Assembly (NCBI GenBank): GCA_964587425.1
Contig: CAZPLB010000002.1
Span: 102,053 to 166,052, forward strand
Source: an uncultured Gammaproteobacteria bacterium
GTDB lineage: Bacteria; Patescibacteriota; Microgenomatia; UBA8517
Direction: 5' to 3'
Length of the DNA stretch: 64,000 nucleotides
Part shown: positions 8,564 through 18,117 of the stretch, one piece after another
Layout: each line of letters begins with the position of its first letter
Numbering within the stretch: the first letter of the stretch is position 1
Notes under the pieces: generated by a model
Told to the model about the DNA's origin: nothing
The model's database searches: none
The model's input: the letters and a program-made list of their open reading frames with translations, nothing else
Made by a program: the position numbers and the translations under genes

Positions 8564-9337
8564 ATGAAAAAGAAACTTGCAGTATTCACGATTATCCCTC
8601 TTCTGATCCTTGGTTTTCTAATTTACAAAAACCAAAAAACTAGCGCCACAAGAACTCTTGGCCAAGAAAATGTTACCAGTGAAATGGAGACCACACCAAA
8701 TGCAGTCTCTTTTACACTAAGCGACCAAGAAATATCAGTCTCCCTTTGGAAGGCAAATCCATGGAATCTAAAGTTAATTCCAAACTTCATCAAAAAACAA
8801 GGATCAAAAGAATTTGGGATAACAAGTTCCTGTAAATATCTTGCAAACGCAGGGTTTTACTCCAAAGAAAACAATCCTATTGGCCTTTTCATAACAAATG
8901 GGGAAACTATTGGTAAATGGCAGGAAAATAATCTCCTCGATGGAATACTCACCGTAAACGAATTGATGACACCAAGAATTACAAGAGTAGTTCCAAGAGA
9001 CTCATTAAATATTGCAGTTCAAACTGGACCGATAATAAAAGAAAATGGTTCATTCATTACTCTTAAAATAATGAATGACAGTTTAGACAGACGATCTGTA
9101 GCAGGTATTACTGGAGAAAATGAATTATATTTTCTGAGTTTTTATGAACCCAATTCAAATTACTCAGGTCCCTTACTTGCAGATCTTCCAACTGCGCTAA
9201 AAACGTTTGAGGAAAAAACTGGAATAGTGTTTGCAGATGCAATTAATCTTGATGGCGGTTCTGCATCAGTTTTCAAAAACAATAATACAAGCTTGGAAGA
9301 GATTACCCCTGTCGGAGCATTCTTTTGCCAACTCTAA
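8564..9337 (+). CDS. phosphodiester glycosidase (NAGPA-like) family protein, membrane anchored
   Basis: N-terminal TM; NAGFY, P.GL.I.NG, QTGP, RSVAG, AINLDGGSAS. Confidence 0.85.
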   Translation: MKKKLAVFTIIPLLILGFLIYKNQKTSATRTLGQENVTSEMETTPNAVSFTLSDQEISVSLWKANPWNLKLIPNFIKKQGSKEFGITSSCKYLANAGFYSKENNPIGLFITNGETIGKWQENNLLDGILTVNELMTPRITRVVPRDSLNIAVQTGPIIKENGSFITLKIMNDSLDRRSVAGITGENELYFLSFYEPNSNYSGPLLADLPTALKTFEEKTGIVFADAINLDGGSASVFKNNNTSLEEITPVGAFFCQL

Positions 9338-9851
9338 CGCTAGCTACATCCCGCTCTATAACTCCCTCTAAAACTGCATCAGGATTATCCATAACTTTGT
9401 CATGGGGCCAAAAGCCAACACTAACTAAAACATTTTTTACAAAACTTAGTCTTAATTCTTTGAAACCCTCACCATTCTTTAATCCCTCCAGTGCATCTTC
9501 CATGATTTCAAATAATTCCACATGTTTTTCTCCATCCCTTGTTACTCTCCCTAGTACTTCACAAAAATAATATGCCAAACTTACTTTCTTGAGATCTTTT
9601 CTTACTGCATCATATGAATCAATAACATGAACCTCAGTCAAAATATCAAGACTCTCCCCCTTCACAGCAGAAAACTTAATGTGATTAAAAATTTCTATTC
9701 CACCACGCTTCCGGCTAGTTACCTTCCTTACTCCCTTTGCCATATAGCTAATCTTCCCATGATCTTTCGTAAAAAGAATGAGTATTCGGTCAGCCTCACC
9801 ATATTTTTTGCGGGCTAAAATAAAACCCTCTGAAGAATACGTTTTGTGCAC
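9303..9851 (-). CDS. recO: DNA repair protein RecO (short form)
   Basis: G.IL....YGEADRIL..FT..HGKI...AKGVRK..SR; GTG start with TGtTAGAAT 6 nt upstream. Confidence 0.92.
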   Translation of the reverse strand: MHKTYSSEGFILARKKYGEADRILILFTKDHGKISYMAKGVRKVTSRKRGGIEIFNHIKFSAVKGESLDILTEVHVIDSYDAVRKDLKKVSLAYYFCEVLGRVTRDGEKHVELFEIMEDALEGLKNGEGFKELRLSFVKNVLVSVGFWPHDKVMDNPDAVLEGVIERDVASVRVGKRMLRQG

Positions 9852-9873
9852 AAAGTCATTCTAACACTCTGAT

Positions 9874-11898
9874 TTAAATCTTGAACTTAAATTCCTGATC
9901 AGTTTTGAGAATCAAATCCTGTGTTTGACGTCCAACATTAACAGTAGATGTAATTGAATCTATACCGGGCTGCTTTTGAACTAAGACTTTGTACTCACCC
10001 TTCACATTAAATGGCAATTTATACTTCAGTGTAATTTTTTGTACCCCTTGTGGACGAAGCGTGTATGCCCCTGCAAAAACTGTCTTACCCAGGTCCTCAT
10101 ATGGATCAACCTTTGCATCAAGTCCATCTACTGAAATAAGAGTGCTTCCCTTTGGAACATAAATTCTTACCCAAGAAGGAAGAAGTGAATTAAGCCAGCC
10201 ATCATATCCTTGTGAGTTTTTGTAGGTTATGGTTACTGTCTTTGTTACACTTCCGTCCCTGCCAATACTCACGTCCTGGACTATTTCATTTGTCACATAT
10301 AAATTAGACTTCCTTCCTCCCAAATTAGCATCAGAAACAAGTAGATAGTCTCCTGAATATTCTTTTACTCGTCCTGCAATATTAAATGACTCAACTCCAG
10401 CTTGTGCTTTGGGATCAAGCATGTAAAAAAGTATGTGCTTCTGAGTCAAAGAATCCCACGCAGCCTGAAATAGCGCCGGTATTTTTTCTTTTGGCTGTCC
10501 CATTGCGTTTCTCAAAACTGAGTTCATCAAAGGTCCCACTATCGCTTTTCTGTTGTAATAATTTGCAGGTGCAAAAATAATCTTGGTTGGATCATTTTGA
10601 TCCCACACAACTGATCCCTCAACATCAGCAAAGCTCTCAAGTTCAAATATAACCTTTGGACAATTGCACTCTGGTGTAATTGTGGTGTTAAAGTTTCCAT
10701 ACCCTGGCACTCCAACATTGCCAATGACAGCAAGCACATTAACAAGAGTTTGGGTATCAACTGCAATTATTCCATCTATCTTTCCAATTCCAGCTTTCTG
10801 TGCCTCTTTCACAAAAGTATCCATGGCAACTTTGAAATCAGAATCAAAGTTCATATCGCGAAGCCTTAAATTTCGGTTCAATAAATATGGTCCTTTAAGA
10901 TATTTAATAATTGGGTCAGGGGCTGGAATAGTTGGTTTGTATGCTTTATCAAGGTTATATATATCATTTGATGAAACCGCAGAAACTTTACCTTTGCTAA
11001 CTGTCATAACTGAGTACCCAGTAATAAACCCTCCAGTCGGTCTCAACTCTTTGTCATTTTGAAAGATAACCAAGTAAGTTCTGGGGCTATCAATTCCCAT
11101 TAAGTATGGTGCCTCTTGAAGAAGTGGTTTACTCTCAGAAACCAATTGTGTTGCCTCGTTAACTAGCGCCAGTCCTTGCCTCAATGGCTCACGAACTTTC
11201 TTGCCCCCAATACTCTCTGGATATCTATTTGCGTCAATTTTATTAAATTCAGCACTTGCCAATTTTGCTTTCTCTGCAATCTGATCAACTTTTGGAAGAA
11301 CGTCCTTTATGGTACTAACCAAAAATTGAATTCTGTCATTCGCACTCTCCTCACCGCTTTGTGCCTTCTTTGAAGCGTCCCCAGTAAAACCAATAATATC
11401 AGCATATGGAGCAGCGGTATCAATTGCAATTTGGGCTGCATCAATTCCATAAATGCCTCCCTGAATTGCAGCCTCGCCATCCCTGTAGTAATTGCCAAAA
11501 ACCGGAACAACCTTTGTCCACACAAGCAATTTATATGAACCCTGAAACGATCCCAAATCTCCATCTAGCTTCGAAAGCGAAGATTTAATATCATTAATGT
11601 TTTGTTTGGCAACAGCTGCCTTTACTCCATCAGCATCAGCTTTCAACACCTTTGCTTTGCCATAAATGGCAAATCCTGGAATACCAATCAAAAGTACCAA
11701 GGCTACAACAATCAAAACTAGTACTCCAGCCACCCCCAAAAGTATCTTCTTCATCTTTTTTCTCCTCTCGCTTGGAACCTTTGGCTCAAGATCATGGCTT
11801 GGAGTATTCTCTTCACCAAGAGGCTCGGTAAGAGAAGAATCATTCATTTTAATTTCAGGAATTTCAAATCCATTTGCCTCAAGATTGTTTTCATCCAT
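9874..11898 (-). CDS. DUF4012 domain membrane-anchored protein
   Basis: single TM, helical region, RTYLV.FQN..ELRPTGGF, RD.N, IDG.IAVD, AN.GG.KSN, C-terminal Ig-like part (QKQPG). Confidence 0.85.
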   Translation of the reverse strand: MDENNLEANGFEIPEIKMNDSSLTEPLGEENTPSHDLEPKVPSERRKKMKKILLGVAGVLVLIVVALVLLIGIPGFAIYGKAKVLKADADGVKAAVAKQNINDIKSSLSKLDGDLGSFQGSYKLLVWTKVVPVFGNYYRDGEAAIQGGIYGIDAAQIAIDTAAPYADIIGFTGDASKKAQSGEESANDRIQFLVSTIKDVLPKVDQIAEKAKLASAEFNKIDANRYPESIGGKKVREPLRQGLALVNEATQLVSESKPLLQEAPYLMGIDSPRTYLVIFQNDKELRPTGGFITGYSVMTVSKGKVSAVSSNDIYNLDKAYKPTIPAPDPIIKYLKGPYLLNRNLRLRDMNFDSDFKVAMDTFVKEAQKAGIGKIDGIIAVDTQTLVNVLAVIGNVGVPGYGNFNTTITPECNCPKVIFELESFADVEGSVVWDQNDPTKIIFAPANYYNRKAIVGPLMNSVLRNAMGQPKEKIPALFQAAWDSLTQKHILFYMLDPKAQAGVESFNIAGRVKEYSGDYLLVSDANLGGRKSNLYVTNEIVQDVSIGRDGSVTKTVTITYKNSQGYDGWLNSLLPSWVRIYVPKGSTLISVDGLDAKVDPYEDLGKTVFAGAYTLRPQGVQKITLKYKLPFNVKGEYKVLVQKQPGIDSITSTVNVGRQTQDLILKTDQEFKFKI

Positions 11899-11917
11899 AT
11901 GCCTTAATAATACACTA

Positions 11918-11939
11918 CATTTGGCTTATTGGCCAAATG
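11918..11939. repeat. perfect 8-bp inverted repeat (hairpin or operator)
   Basis: catttggc-ttattg-gccaaatg in the intergenic gap; no long U tract. Confidence 0.5.
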
Positions 11940-11951
11940 ATGTAAAACATT

Positions 11952-12602
11952 TTAGCTAGCTCCTTTTCCAGAAATCATTGCCCAGGGGCTCTTCAAAAGA
12001 ATAATGATATCAAACCAAATTGATTTACGTCTCGCATAATATGCATCCATTTCGATACGTTTATCAAAATTAACTTCACTTCTTCCCGTGGTTTGCCAAT
12101 AGCCAGTGATACCAGGCTTCACGGTCTGCATCTCCGCAACATACTTTTCTGTGCCAGGAAATTTTTGCTGTTGCTCAATGAGCTCATCGGGTAGATATGG
12201 TCTTGGACCAATAACACTCATTTCTCCTCGAAGCACATTAATAAGTTGGGGTATTTCATCTATTGAATGTCTGCGAATAAATTTTCCAACAGGAGTAATT
12301 CTTGGATCATTTGTAGGTTTATAGTTCCCAGAGCTATGCTTTTCGTCATATGCAATTCGATATTTTGGATGAGTTTTCTCCAACACATCAGCATTAACAA
12401 TCATTGATCTAAATTTATAAAGTCTAAAAATTTTTCCATTTTTTCCCATCCTTCTCATATGTGAATTACTCTTCTCAACAAAAATAGGTCCTTCAGAAGT
12501 CAATTTTATAATTATTGAGGTAATTAAAATAACAGGCGAGAAAACAACGAGAAGAACCAAAGACAAAAAAATATCTAAAGTTCTTTTGAAAAAATTATAC
12601 AT
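11952..12602 (-). CDS. priming polyprenyl-phosphate glycosyl-1-phosphate transferase (PglC/WbaP C-terminal type)
   Basis: KR..DI, GP.F, YKFRSM, DPRITPVG.F.R..SIDE.PQL.NVL.G.MS..GPRP, KPGITG.WQ. Confidence 0.95.
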   Translation of the reverse strand: MYNFFKRTLDIFLSLVLLVVFSPVILITSIIIKLTSEGPIFVEKSNSHMRRMGKNGKIFRLYKFRSMIVNADVLEKTHPKYRIAYDEKHSSGNYKPTNDPRITPVGKFIRRHSIDEIPQLINVLRGEMSVIGPRPYLPDELIEQQQKFPGTEKYVAEMQTVKPGITGYWQTTGRSEVNFDKRIEMDAYYARRKSIWFDIIILLKSPWAMISGKGAS

Positions 12603-12610
12603 ATTAAAAG

Positions 12611-13693
12611 CTACTCCACATACTCTGGTTTTTCTTTTTCCAATTTTCCAAATAATTCTTTCACCTGTGCTGTTTTATTAAGATCGCAAACCAGGAGTCC
12701 ATTAGCAGTATCAATAACAGCTACATTATTTAGTCCAATTATCGATATCATTTTTTTACCCGGCCCTATAACTAAGTTTCCTTTAGATTCAATAAAATTA
12801 ACCTCAGCTCCCTCAGTCACGTCAGGTTTTGCTTCAGTTGCAAAAGCCTCGTAAAAAAGCTGCCATGTTCCAGCGTCCCTCCATCCAAAATCAAGGGGAA
12901 TTGTAACCCTTTCTCTACTTGGAATCTTTTCATAAAGGCCATAGTCAATAGAAATCTTCTCGAATTTATGGTATTCCCTAAAGAGTTCTGTCTCCCACAT
13001 AGGGGTATTGAGTTTATTCATAATTTTCATCAAACCTTTGTAAACTTCGGGTGCATATTTCTCGTAATAGGAAAGTAATATATCAGACCTCCAACAATCA
13101 TATCCAGTATGTATCAGGTAATTTCCTGATTTGAATAATTTCTTTGCAGTTGCCAAATCTGGTTTCTCAACATGCTTTTCAATCTCAAATATTTCATGTC
13201 CTGAAACTTCATCTACGGATGCCCCCATCTTCACCCATCCATTGTGAATACTTGGATAACTTGGCATTTGATCAATAGAAATAGGCTTGCCAGTTTCCTC
13301 TGTGTATTTTCCAGCTAACTTGGCGACCTTTAAAAATAACTCTTCTTTATCAATTATGTGGTCAGCCCATGAGAAAAATATTGCCTCTCCTGGGTATCTG
13401 GCATTAATAATTGCCGTGGCAAGACCAATCGCCCCCAAATTATCCTTGCGTTCAGGTTCCGCTATTAAATTCTTCTTTGGAATTTCAGGAGCTTGCTTCC
13501 TTACAAACTCAAGATATCTATCCTCTGTTGAGATAAAAATATCTTCAGGCTTAAATGCTTTTTTAAATCTATGAACAGTAAGCTCGAAAAATGACTTTCC
13601 ACCAATGAGTGGAAAAAACTGCTTTGGAAAACTCTTTCTTGAAGCAGGCCACATCCGTGTCCCGAACCCTCCGCAAAAAATGACAATCTTCAT
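12611..13693 (-). CDS. manC: mannose-1-phosphate guanylyltransferase
   Basis: GG.GTRMWP.SR...PKQF, EP..KD, ADH, EKP, SIDY...EK, GW.D.G.W; no PMI cupin domain. Confidence 0.88.
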   Translation of the reverse strand: MKIVIFCGGFGTRMWPASRKSFPKQFFPLIGGKSFFELTVHRFKKAFKPEDIFISTEDRYLEFVRKQAPEIPKKNLIAEPERKDNLGAIGLATAIINARYPGEAIFFSWADHIIDKEELFLKVAKLAGKYTEETGKPISIDQMPSYPSIHNGWVKMGASVDEVSGHEIFEIEKHVEKPDLATAKKLFKSGNYLIHTGYDCWRSDILLSYYEKYAPEVYKGLMKIMNKLNTPMWETELFREYHKFEKISIDYGLYEKIPSRERVTIPLDFGWRDAGTWQLFYEAFATEAKPDVTEGAEVNFIESKGNLVIGPGKKMISIIGLNNVAVIDTANGLLVCDLNKTAQVKELFGKLEKEKPEYVE

Positions 13694-14754
13694 ATTAGTT
13701 TTTCAAACTCCTTTTTGAATTTCTCCTTTGAAAACCTTTTTGCATTTTTCGTAATTTTGTCTTTACTCAATTTCGATTTTTTAAATCTTTCAATTGCACT
13801 AATTAAACTACTCACTTCAGAATCTTCAAAAAAGATTCCAGTAACACCCTCAATAACTGTATCAAGTGCCCCGCCCTTCTTAAAGGCGATAACAGGTGTA
13901 CCTGTGCTCTGCGCTTCAACTGCTACTAAACCAAAATCCTCTTCCTGTGGAAAGAGAAGTGCGCTTGCACCTTTATAGTATGTGAAAAGCTGGTTGTCTG
14001 TCAATTTGCCCAAGAATTTTACATTCTTCTTTGCCATTCTCTTAAGTCTTCCCTCCTCCCTCCCCACTCCAACAATGTAAAGAGGAAGCCCTAGTTCATT
14101 AAATGCTTCAATTGCCAAATCAACTTTCTTGTAGTTAACTAATCTACTTACTATCAAAAAATAATCCCCACTATTTTTTTTCACTTTTGTATTAAATTTC
14201 AAATCGTCAACAGGTGGAAAAATAATCTCAGATTCCCTTCCATAATATTTTTTAATCCTCCCTTGAACTACGGTTGATATCCCAACTAAAATGTCAGGTC
14301 GCGCTGCTGCAGCCAAATCCCATTTCCTGAGGTACGATATTGCTGGTTTTGAAATTTTTTTTAAATTTCCGTTTCCCAGATACTCATCATAGTGACTCCA
14401 GAGATACCTTGTTGGAGTCAAACAATATGAAATATGTTTTGTGTGACCCTTTGTAATTATTCCCTTAGCCGCCTCACTTGTGACTGAAATTACTAAATCA
14501 TAACCATCAAAGTTAAAACTCTCAAATGCAAGTGGCATCAAAAGAGGAAGATACTCATGGTTTCGCCTTGCACGAGGAACTTTTTGCAAAAATGAAGTTA
14601 TAATCTTTGGAAACACCTTTGCCCAAGGTGCACCTTTCTCGTCATATACAGATGTATAAAGAGGAGCATCTGGAAACATTTCATGTAGTGTAAGTAGAAC
14701 TCTTTCAGCTCCTCCCCATTTATTTACCCTATCGTATACAATCGCAACCTTCAT
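13690..14754 (-). CDS. GT4 glycosyltransferase (mannosyltransferase-like)
   Basis: MKVAIV.D....GGAERVL, SRL..YK, EDFGLV.VEA...GTPVIA; start set at ATG 14754. Confidence 0.93.
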   Translation of the reverse strand: MKVAIVYDRVNKWGGAERVLLTLHEMFPDAPLYTSVYDEKGAPWAKVFPKIITSFLQKVPRARRNHEYLPLLMPLAFESFNFDGYDLVISVTSEAAKGIITKGHTKHISYCLTPTRYLWSHYDEYLGNGNLKKISKPAISYLRKWDLAAAARPDILVGISTVVQGRIKKYYGRESEIIFPPVDDLKFNTKVKKNSGDYFLIVSRLVNYKKVDLAIEAFNELGLPLYIVGVGREEGRLKRMAKKNVKFLGKLTDNQLFTYYKGASALLFPQEEDFGLVAVEAQSTGTPVIAFKKGGALDTVIEGVTGIFFEDSEVSSLISAIERFKKSKLSKDKITKNAKRFSKEKFKKEFEKLI

Positions 14755-14763
14755 ATATTTGGT

Positions 14764-14773
14764 AGTATATAAT
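14764..14773. promoter_or_regulatory. overlapping divergent -10 boxes
   Basis: minus TATACT (14769-14764) 9 nt before ATG 14754; plus TATAAT (14768-14773) 7 nt before ATG 14781. Confidence 0.55.
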
Positions 14774-14780
14774 AAATAAT

Positions 14781-14969
14781 ATGGATGACTACGAAGACTC
14801 AAAAGTAAAATCTCAAGCTGAACTCAGAGTTGAACTTTTACTCCAAAAAAAGATAACTAGAGAGCAATATGGCTATTGGCTAAGAGCAGAAACTCAAGAC
14901 TCAGAAGACTGTCTACTCAAGAAAAACACTTTACCATATCACCTCTGTGGCTCACCCGAAAGAAGATAA
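14781..14969 (+). CDS. small hypothetical protein
   Basis: 62-aa ORF filling an otherwise empty gap, with TATAAT 7 nt upstream. Confidence 0.55.
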   Translation: MDDYEDSKVKSQAELRVELLLQKKITREQYGYWLRAETQDSEDCLLKKNTLPYHLCGSPERR

Positions 14970-15499
14970 ACTTCCAAGGTCTCTCTTGCCATTTTCTCCC
15001 ATGAATATTTTTTTACAAATCTTTTTCCTTCATCAATAATTCCTTTTCTTTCCTCATCTTTCATCTCCATAACTTTTCTCATTGCTTTTTCAATAGATTC
15101 AACACTAGTTGGATCAAAGTAAAAAACTTTATCCTCATACACTTCCTTGAAAACTGGAATATTTGAAGCAAGTACAACCGTTCCAGCCTTCATCGCCTCA
15201 AGCCCTGGTAGTCCAAACCCTTCAGAAAGTGATGGGTAAAGAAAACCTAGAGAATTTTTATATAATTCATCCAACTCCTCATCACCCACATATCCTAGTA
15301 ACTTCACATAATCATCTGCTCCGTGTTTCTTGATAGTTTTTTCCAAGCGCTTTGTAAAAACATTTCTTGAAGAAACAATCAAAAACTTAACCTCCTGCTT
15401 CGAAGTTTTCGTAAGCATCACAATTGCTTTTATGGTTCTCTCCAAGTTCTTGTGTGGGTATGCATTCCCCACATATAGAAAATAATTAGACTCCCTCAT
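14939..15499 (-). CDS. GT4 glycosyltransferase, C-terminal (nucleotide-sugar-binding) half
   Basis: YFLYVG...PHKN, PSLSEGFGLP.LEAM..G..V.AS; GGAGGT 5 nt before ATG. Confidence 0.88.
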   Translation of the reverse strand: MRESNYFLYVGNAYPHKNLERTIKAIVMLTKTSKQEVKFLIVSSRNVFTKRLEKTIKKHGADDYVKLLGYVGDEELDELYKNSLGFLYPSLSEGFGLPGLEAMKAGTVVLASNIPVFKEVYEDKVFYFDPTSVESIEKAMRKVMEMKDEERKGIIDEGKRFVKKYSWEKMARETLEVYLLSGEPQR

Positions 15500-16013
15500 A
15501 TGTTACCTCCACCTTAACAGGATCGATCTTGAAATAATCAACAACTTCAGCTTTTACTGTCTCGCTTGGAACAATAATCTTCAAGGATGAATGTATGGCA
15601 TGCTTGAAAACTTTTTTGTATGCAAACCGCTTCACATGGTAAAAAGGTAGTGGAAGAGTTGTGGCCTCCCTCCCTTTTTGCTTGTGCATCAATATATCGT
15701 GAATGGTAACCACAAACCTCCCATTAAATAAAAGCGGAACATTGAAGTGCAAGAAATGTGTGATATCAGGCTCATACTTATGAATTATCTTTGGCAGTCT
15801 TATTTGTTCAGTCAAACTATAATGTTTGAAGTCAGCTAGTATTTTCTCCCAATTGTCTGGGAAGGTTAATTCATCAAAGTATTTCTTGCGAAGTAAAATT
15901 AGATATTCATTTTTAGTATCAATTTTGGCCAATTGATTTATTAGATTCATTGAATATCTTCCAAGACCTGCATGCTCCAGTCCATAAAAACGCCCGTCTA
16001 TAAGTATTCTCAT
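15486..16013 (-). CDS. GT4 glycosyltransferase, N-terminal (acceptor) half
   Basis: MRILIDGR...G.GRY..NL, VTIHD, IIVPS..VK, ends VTYEGV-stop. Confidence 0.88.
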   Translation of the reverse strand: MRILIDGRFYGLEHAGLGRYSMNLINQLAKIDTKNEYLILLRKKYFDELTFPDNWEKILADFKHYSLTEQIRLPKIIHKYEPDITHFLHFNVPLLFNGRFVVTIHDILMHKQKGREATTLPLPFYHVKRFAYKKVFKHAIHSSLKIIVPSETVKAEVVDYFKIDPVKVEVTYEGV

Positions 16014-16882
16014 ATAGGAACAACAACTCGCACCAATCTCAAAAACTTAATGCCGTAAATCCCTACAATTACTGCCATATTAAGTATTAGCGGATAACGG
16101 TTCCAAAGTCTATTCTTGTAAAAAATTTCCATCGAATTCACTCCTGCCATTACAAAACGCATTGTCCTTCTGCCCTTTTTACTGGCCTTTTTAATATGAA
16201 GTATTGAAACCTTTGGATAGTAAATAATCTTAGCACCAGTTTCCTTTATCTTCCAACACAAATCAATATCCTCTCCATCAAGAAAATATTCCTCACTAAA
16301 CCACCCCACCTCATCAAGAAGTTTCCTGCGAGTTAGAAAGTATGCCCCCTGTATTACATCAACTTCTTGTATCATGTCTGAGCTTTCATATTGATGCCAA
16401 TATCTTGCAAAAATTCTGGATGTCGGAAAAATTCTATCGAGTCCGCTAAAGTGAGTAAAGGAAACCCATGGAGTTGGAAAACTGCGTCTAGCATCTTTAT
16501 CTAAATTCCCATTTGGCAAAATAGTCTTGCAAGTTACCGCTCCAACATCGCTGTTTTCATCCAAGTATTTAAGAGTCTCATTAATTGTGTCTTTGTAAAC
16601 CTCAGTATCGCTATTCAAAAATAAAACATATTCGCCCTTCGTAAACTTTCTTGCAGAGTTATTCCCCCCTGCAAATCCCAAATTCTCTTTATTTACTACA
16701 ACCCTTACCTTAGATTTCCTGCTACCCAGTAAACTACTGGTAATGCGCTCACTCTCACTAGTACTGTTTTCAACCAAAACTATTTCGTAAGTAATACCTT
16801 TTGCATGGGCAATTACAGAATCAATACATCTGAGGGTCAAGTCTTTAGTGTTGTAATTTAAAATAATTACAGTTAATTTCAT
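16010..16882 (-). CDS. GT2 glycosyltransferase (rhamnosyltransferase/WbbL-like)
   Basis: IILNYN, ENLGFAGGNN, LFLNSD, GA..L.R, F..GED.DLC. Confidence 0.92.
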   Translation of the reverse strand: MKLTVIILNYNTKDLTLRCIDSVIAHAKGITYEIVLVENSTSESERITSSLLGSRKSKVRVVVNKENLGFAGGNNSARKFTKGEYVLFLNSDTEVYKDTINETLKYLDENSDVGAVTCKTILPNGNLDKDARRSFPTPWVSFTHFSGLDRIFPTSRIFARYWHQYESSDMIQEVDVIQGAYFLTRRKLLDEVGWFSEEYFLDGEDIDLCWKIKETGAKIIYYPKVSILHIKKASKKGRRTMRFVMAGVNSMEIFYKNRLWNRYPLILNMAVIVGIYGIKFLRLVRVVVPI

Positions 16883-16883
16883 G

Positions 16884-18080
16884 TCAATTATTAGTTACTT
16901 CTTTGTATATAGGATCATGCAGCTTAACAATTTCTCTCCAATCAAAATTCTCCCTCACAAATTTTTGTCCCGCCTTTCCAATTCTATCTCTTAATTTAAA
17001 ATCTTTTAAAACCCGCAGTGTCTCGGTGGCCAATCCTTCAGAAGTATCGCTAATTAATACTTCCTTTCCATTTTCCAAATTTAGTCCTGCAACTCCAAGA
17101 CTCGTTGAGACAACAGGAAGCCCAGCAGCCATTGCTTCAAGTACCTTAAGTCTTGTCCCACCAGACCCTTTAATGGGTGCAACCATCACGCTCGCCCCAA
17201 GATAGGCATCTCTTGCATCAACTATCGATTCTGTTATCTCAATATCGTTCCTCTCCTTAGAAAGTTTAACTATAGATTCCGGTATTAGTCTCCCTGCTAT
17301 CCAAAGTTTCACACCCATCATTTGTTTTCGAATCTTTGGCCACACCTCGTCAATTAAAACCTCGACTGCCTCGCGGTTCTGAAGCCACTCAAAGTTGGTC
17401 ACCCCATACATTACTCGAGGCGGAACTTTTCTGGCCACTTTCTTGGCAACGTAATATGCTGTATCAACTCCATTTGGAATAACATCAACTTTAACACCTG
17501 TCAATTTCCCAAGCATGAATTCGCGGTCGGCGTCCGACACTGCAACCAACCTATTTGTTTTCTTCCAGTAGTAAAGTTCCCAAAAACGAAGCTTCAAAAT
17601 ATCAATGTAGTAAATCGGTCTCAATAGAAAAGGAACTTTAGTATCTACATAATGTTTATAAACCATATATTCAATAGTCTGTTCAACCAATATTGATGGT
17701 ACATTTGTTTTAGGAATATGGGGCATAACATAAAATGCCTCAGCATGGATTAAATCATACTTCTCACTCTCAAGTTCTTCCTTGATTGCTGCTTTTTCAG
17801 CAAATGAATAATTCCTGATAACTAGAAGTGGATACCAGCCAAATGCAGTTAAGAGTAAATTTCTTAAGGTCCAAGGAGATTTAGGTCTCATGAAGACTCT
17901 CACCTTTTTACAATATTTTTCAAGCTCCGGAACAAATCTCTTTTCTTTTTCATCTTTAATTAATGAAAACAAAGTAATCTCATGAGTTTTACTCATGTAT
18001 TTAATAAGATTGTACCATCTAGTCTGCCCACCAGAGGTTGACGTATTGGGAAGGAAAGGAACAAGCATTAATATCTTCAT
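16884..18080 (-). CDS. GT4 glycosyltransferase
   Basis: GG..R, VIPNGVD, GSGG.RLKVLEAMAAGLPVVST. Confidence 0.92.
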   Translation of the reverse strand: MKILMLVPFLPNTSTSGGQTRWYNLIKYMSKTHEITLFSLIKDEKEKRFVPELEKYCKKVRVFMRPKSPWTLRNLLLTAFGWYPLLVIRNYSFAEKAAIKEELESEKYDLIHAEAFYVMPHIPKTNVPSILVEQTIEYMVYKHYVDTKVPFLLRPIYYIDILKLRFWELYYWKKTNRLVAVSDADREFMLGKLTGVKVDVIPNGVDTAYYVAKKVARKVPPRVMYGVTNFEWLQNREAVEVLIDEVWPKIRKQMMGVKLWIAGRLIPESIVKLSKERNDIEITESIVDARDAYLGASVMVAPIKGSGGTRLKVLEAMAAGLPVVSTSLGVAGLNLENGKEVLISDTSEGLATETLRVLKDFKLRDRIGKAGQKFVRENFDWREIVKLHDPIYKEVTNN

Positions 18081-18088
18081 CTAGCTAA

Positions 18089-18110
18089 AGTATATCAAAT
18101 ACACTACAAT
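18089..18110. promoter_or_regulatory. divergent -10 boxes
   Basis: minus TATACT (18094-18089) 8 nt before ATG 18080; plus TACAAT (18105-18110) 7 nt before ATG 18118. Confidence 0.55.
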
Positions 18111-18117
18111 CGGAACC

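Noticed and set aside
15486-15510. Programmed ribosomal frameshift joining the split GT4 halves
   Set aside because: No recognisable slippery sequence, a fused product would lack the linker, and the second half has its own SD and ATG
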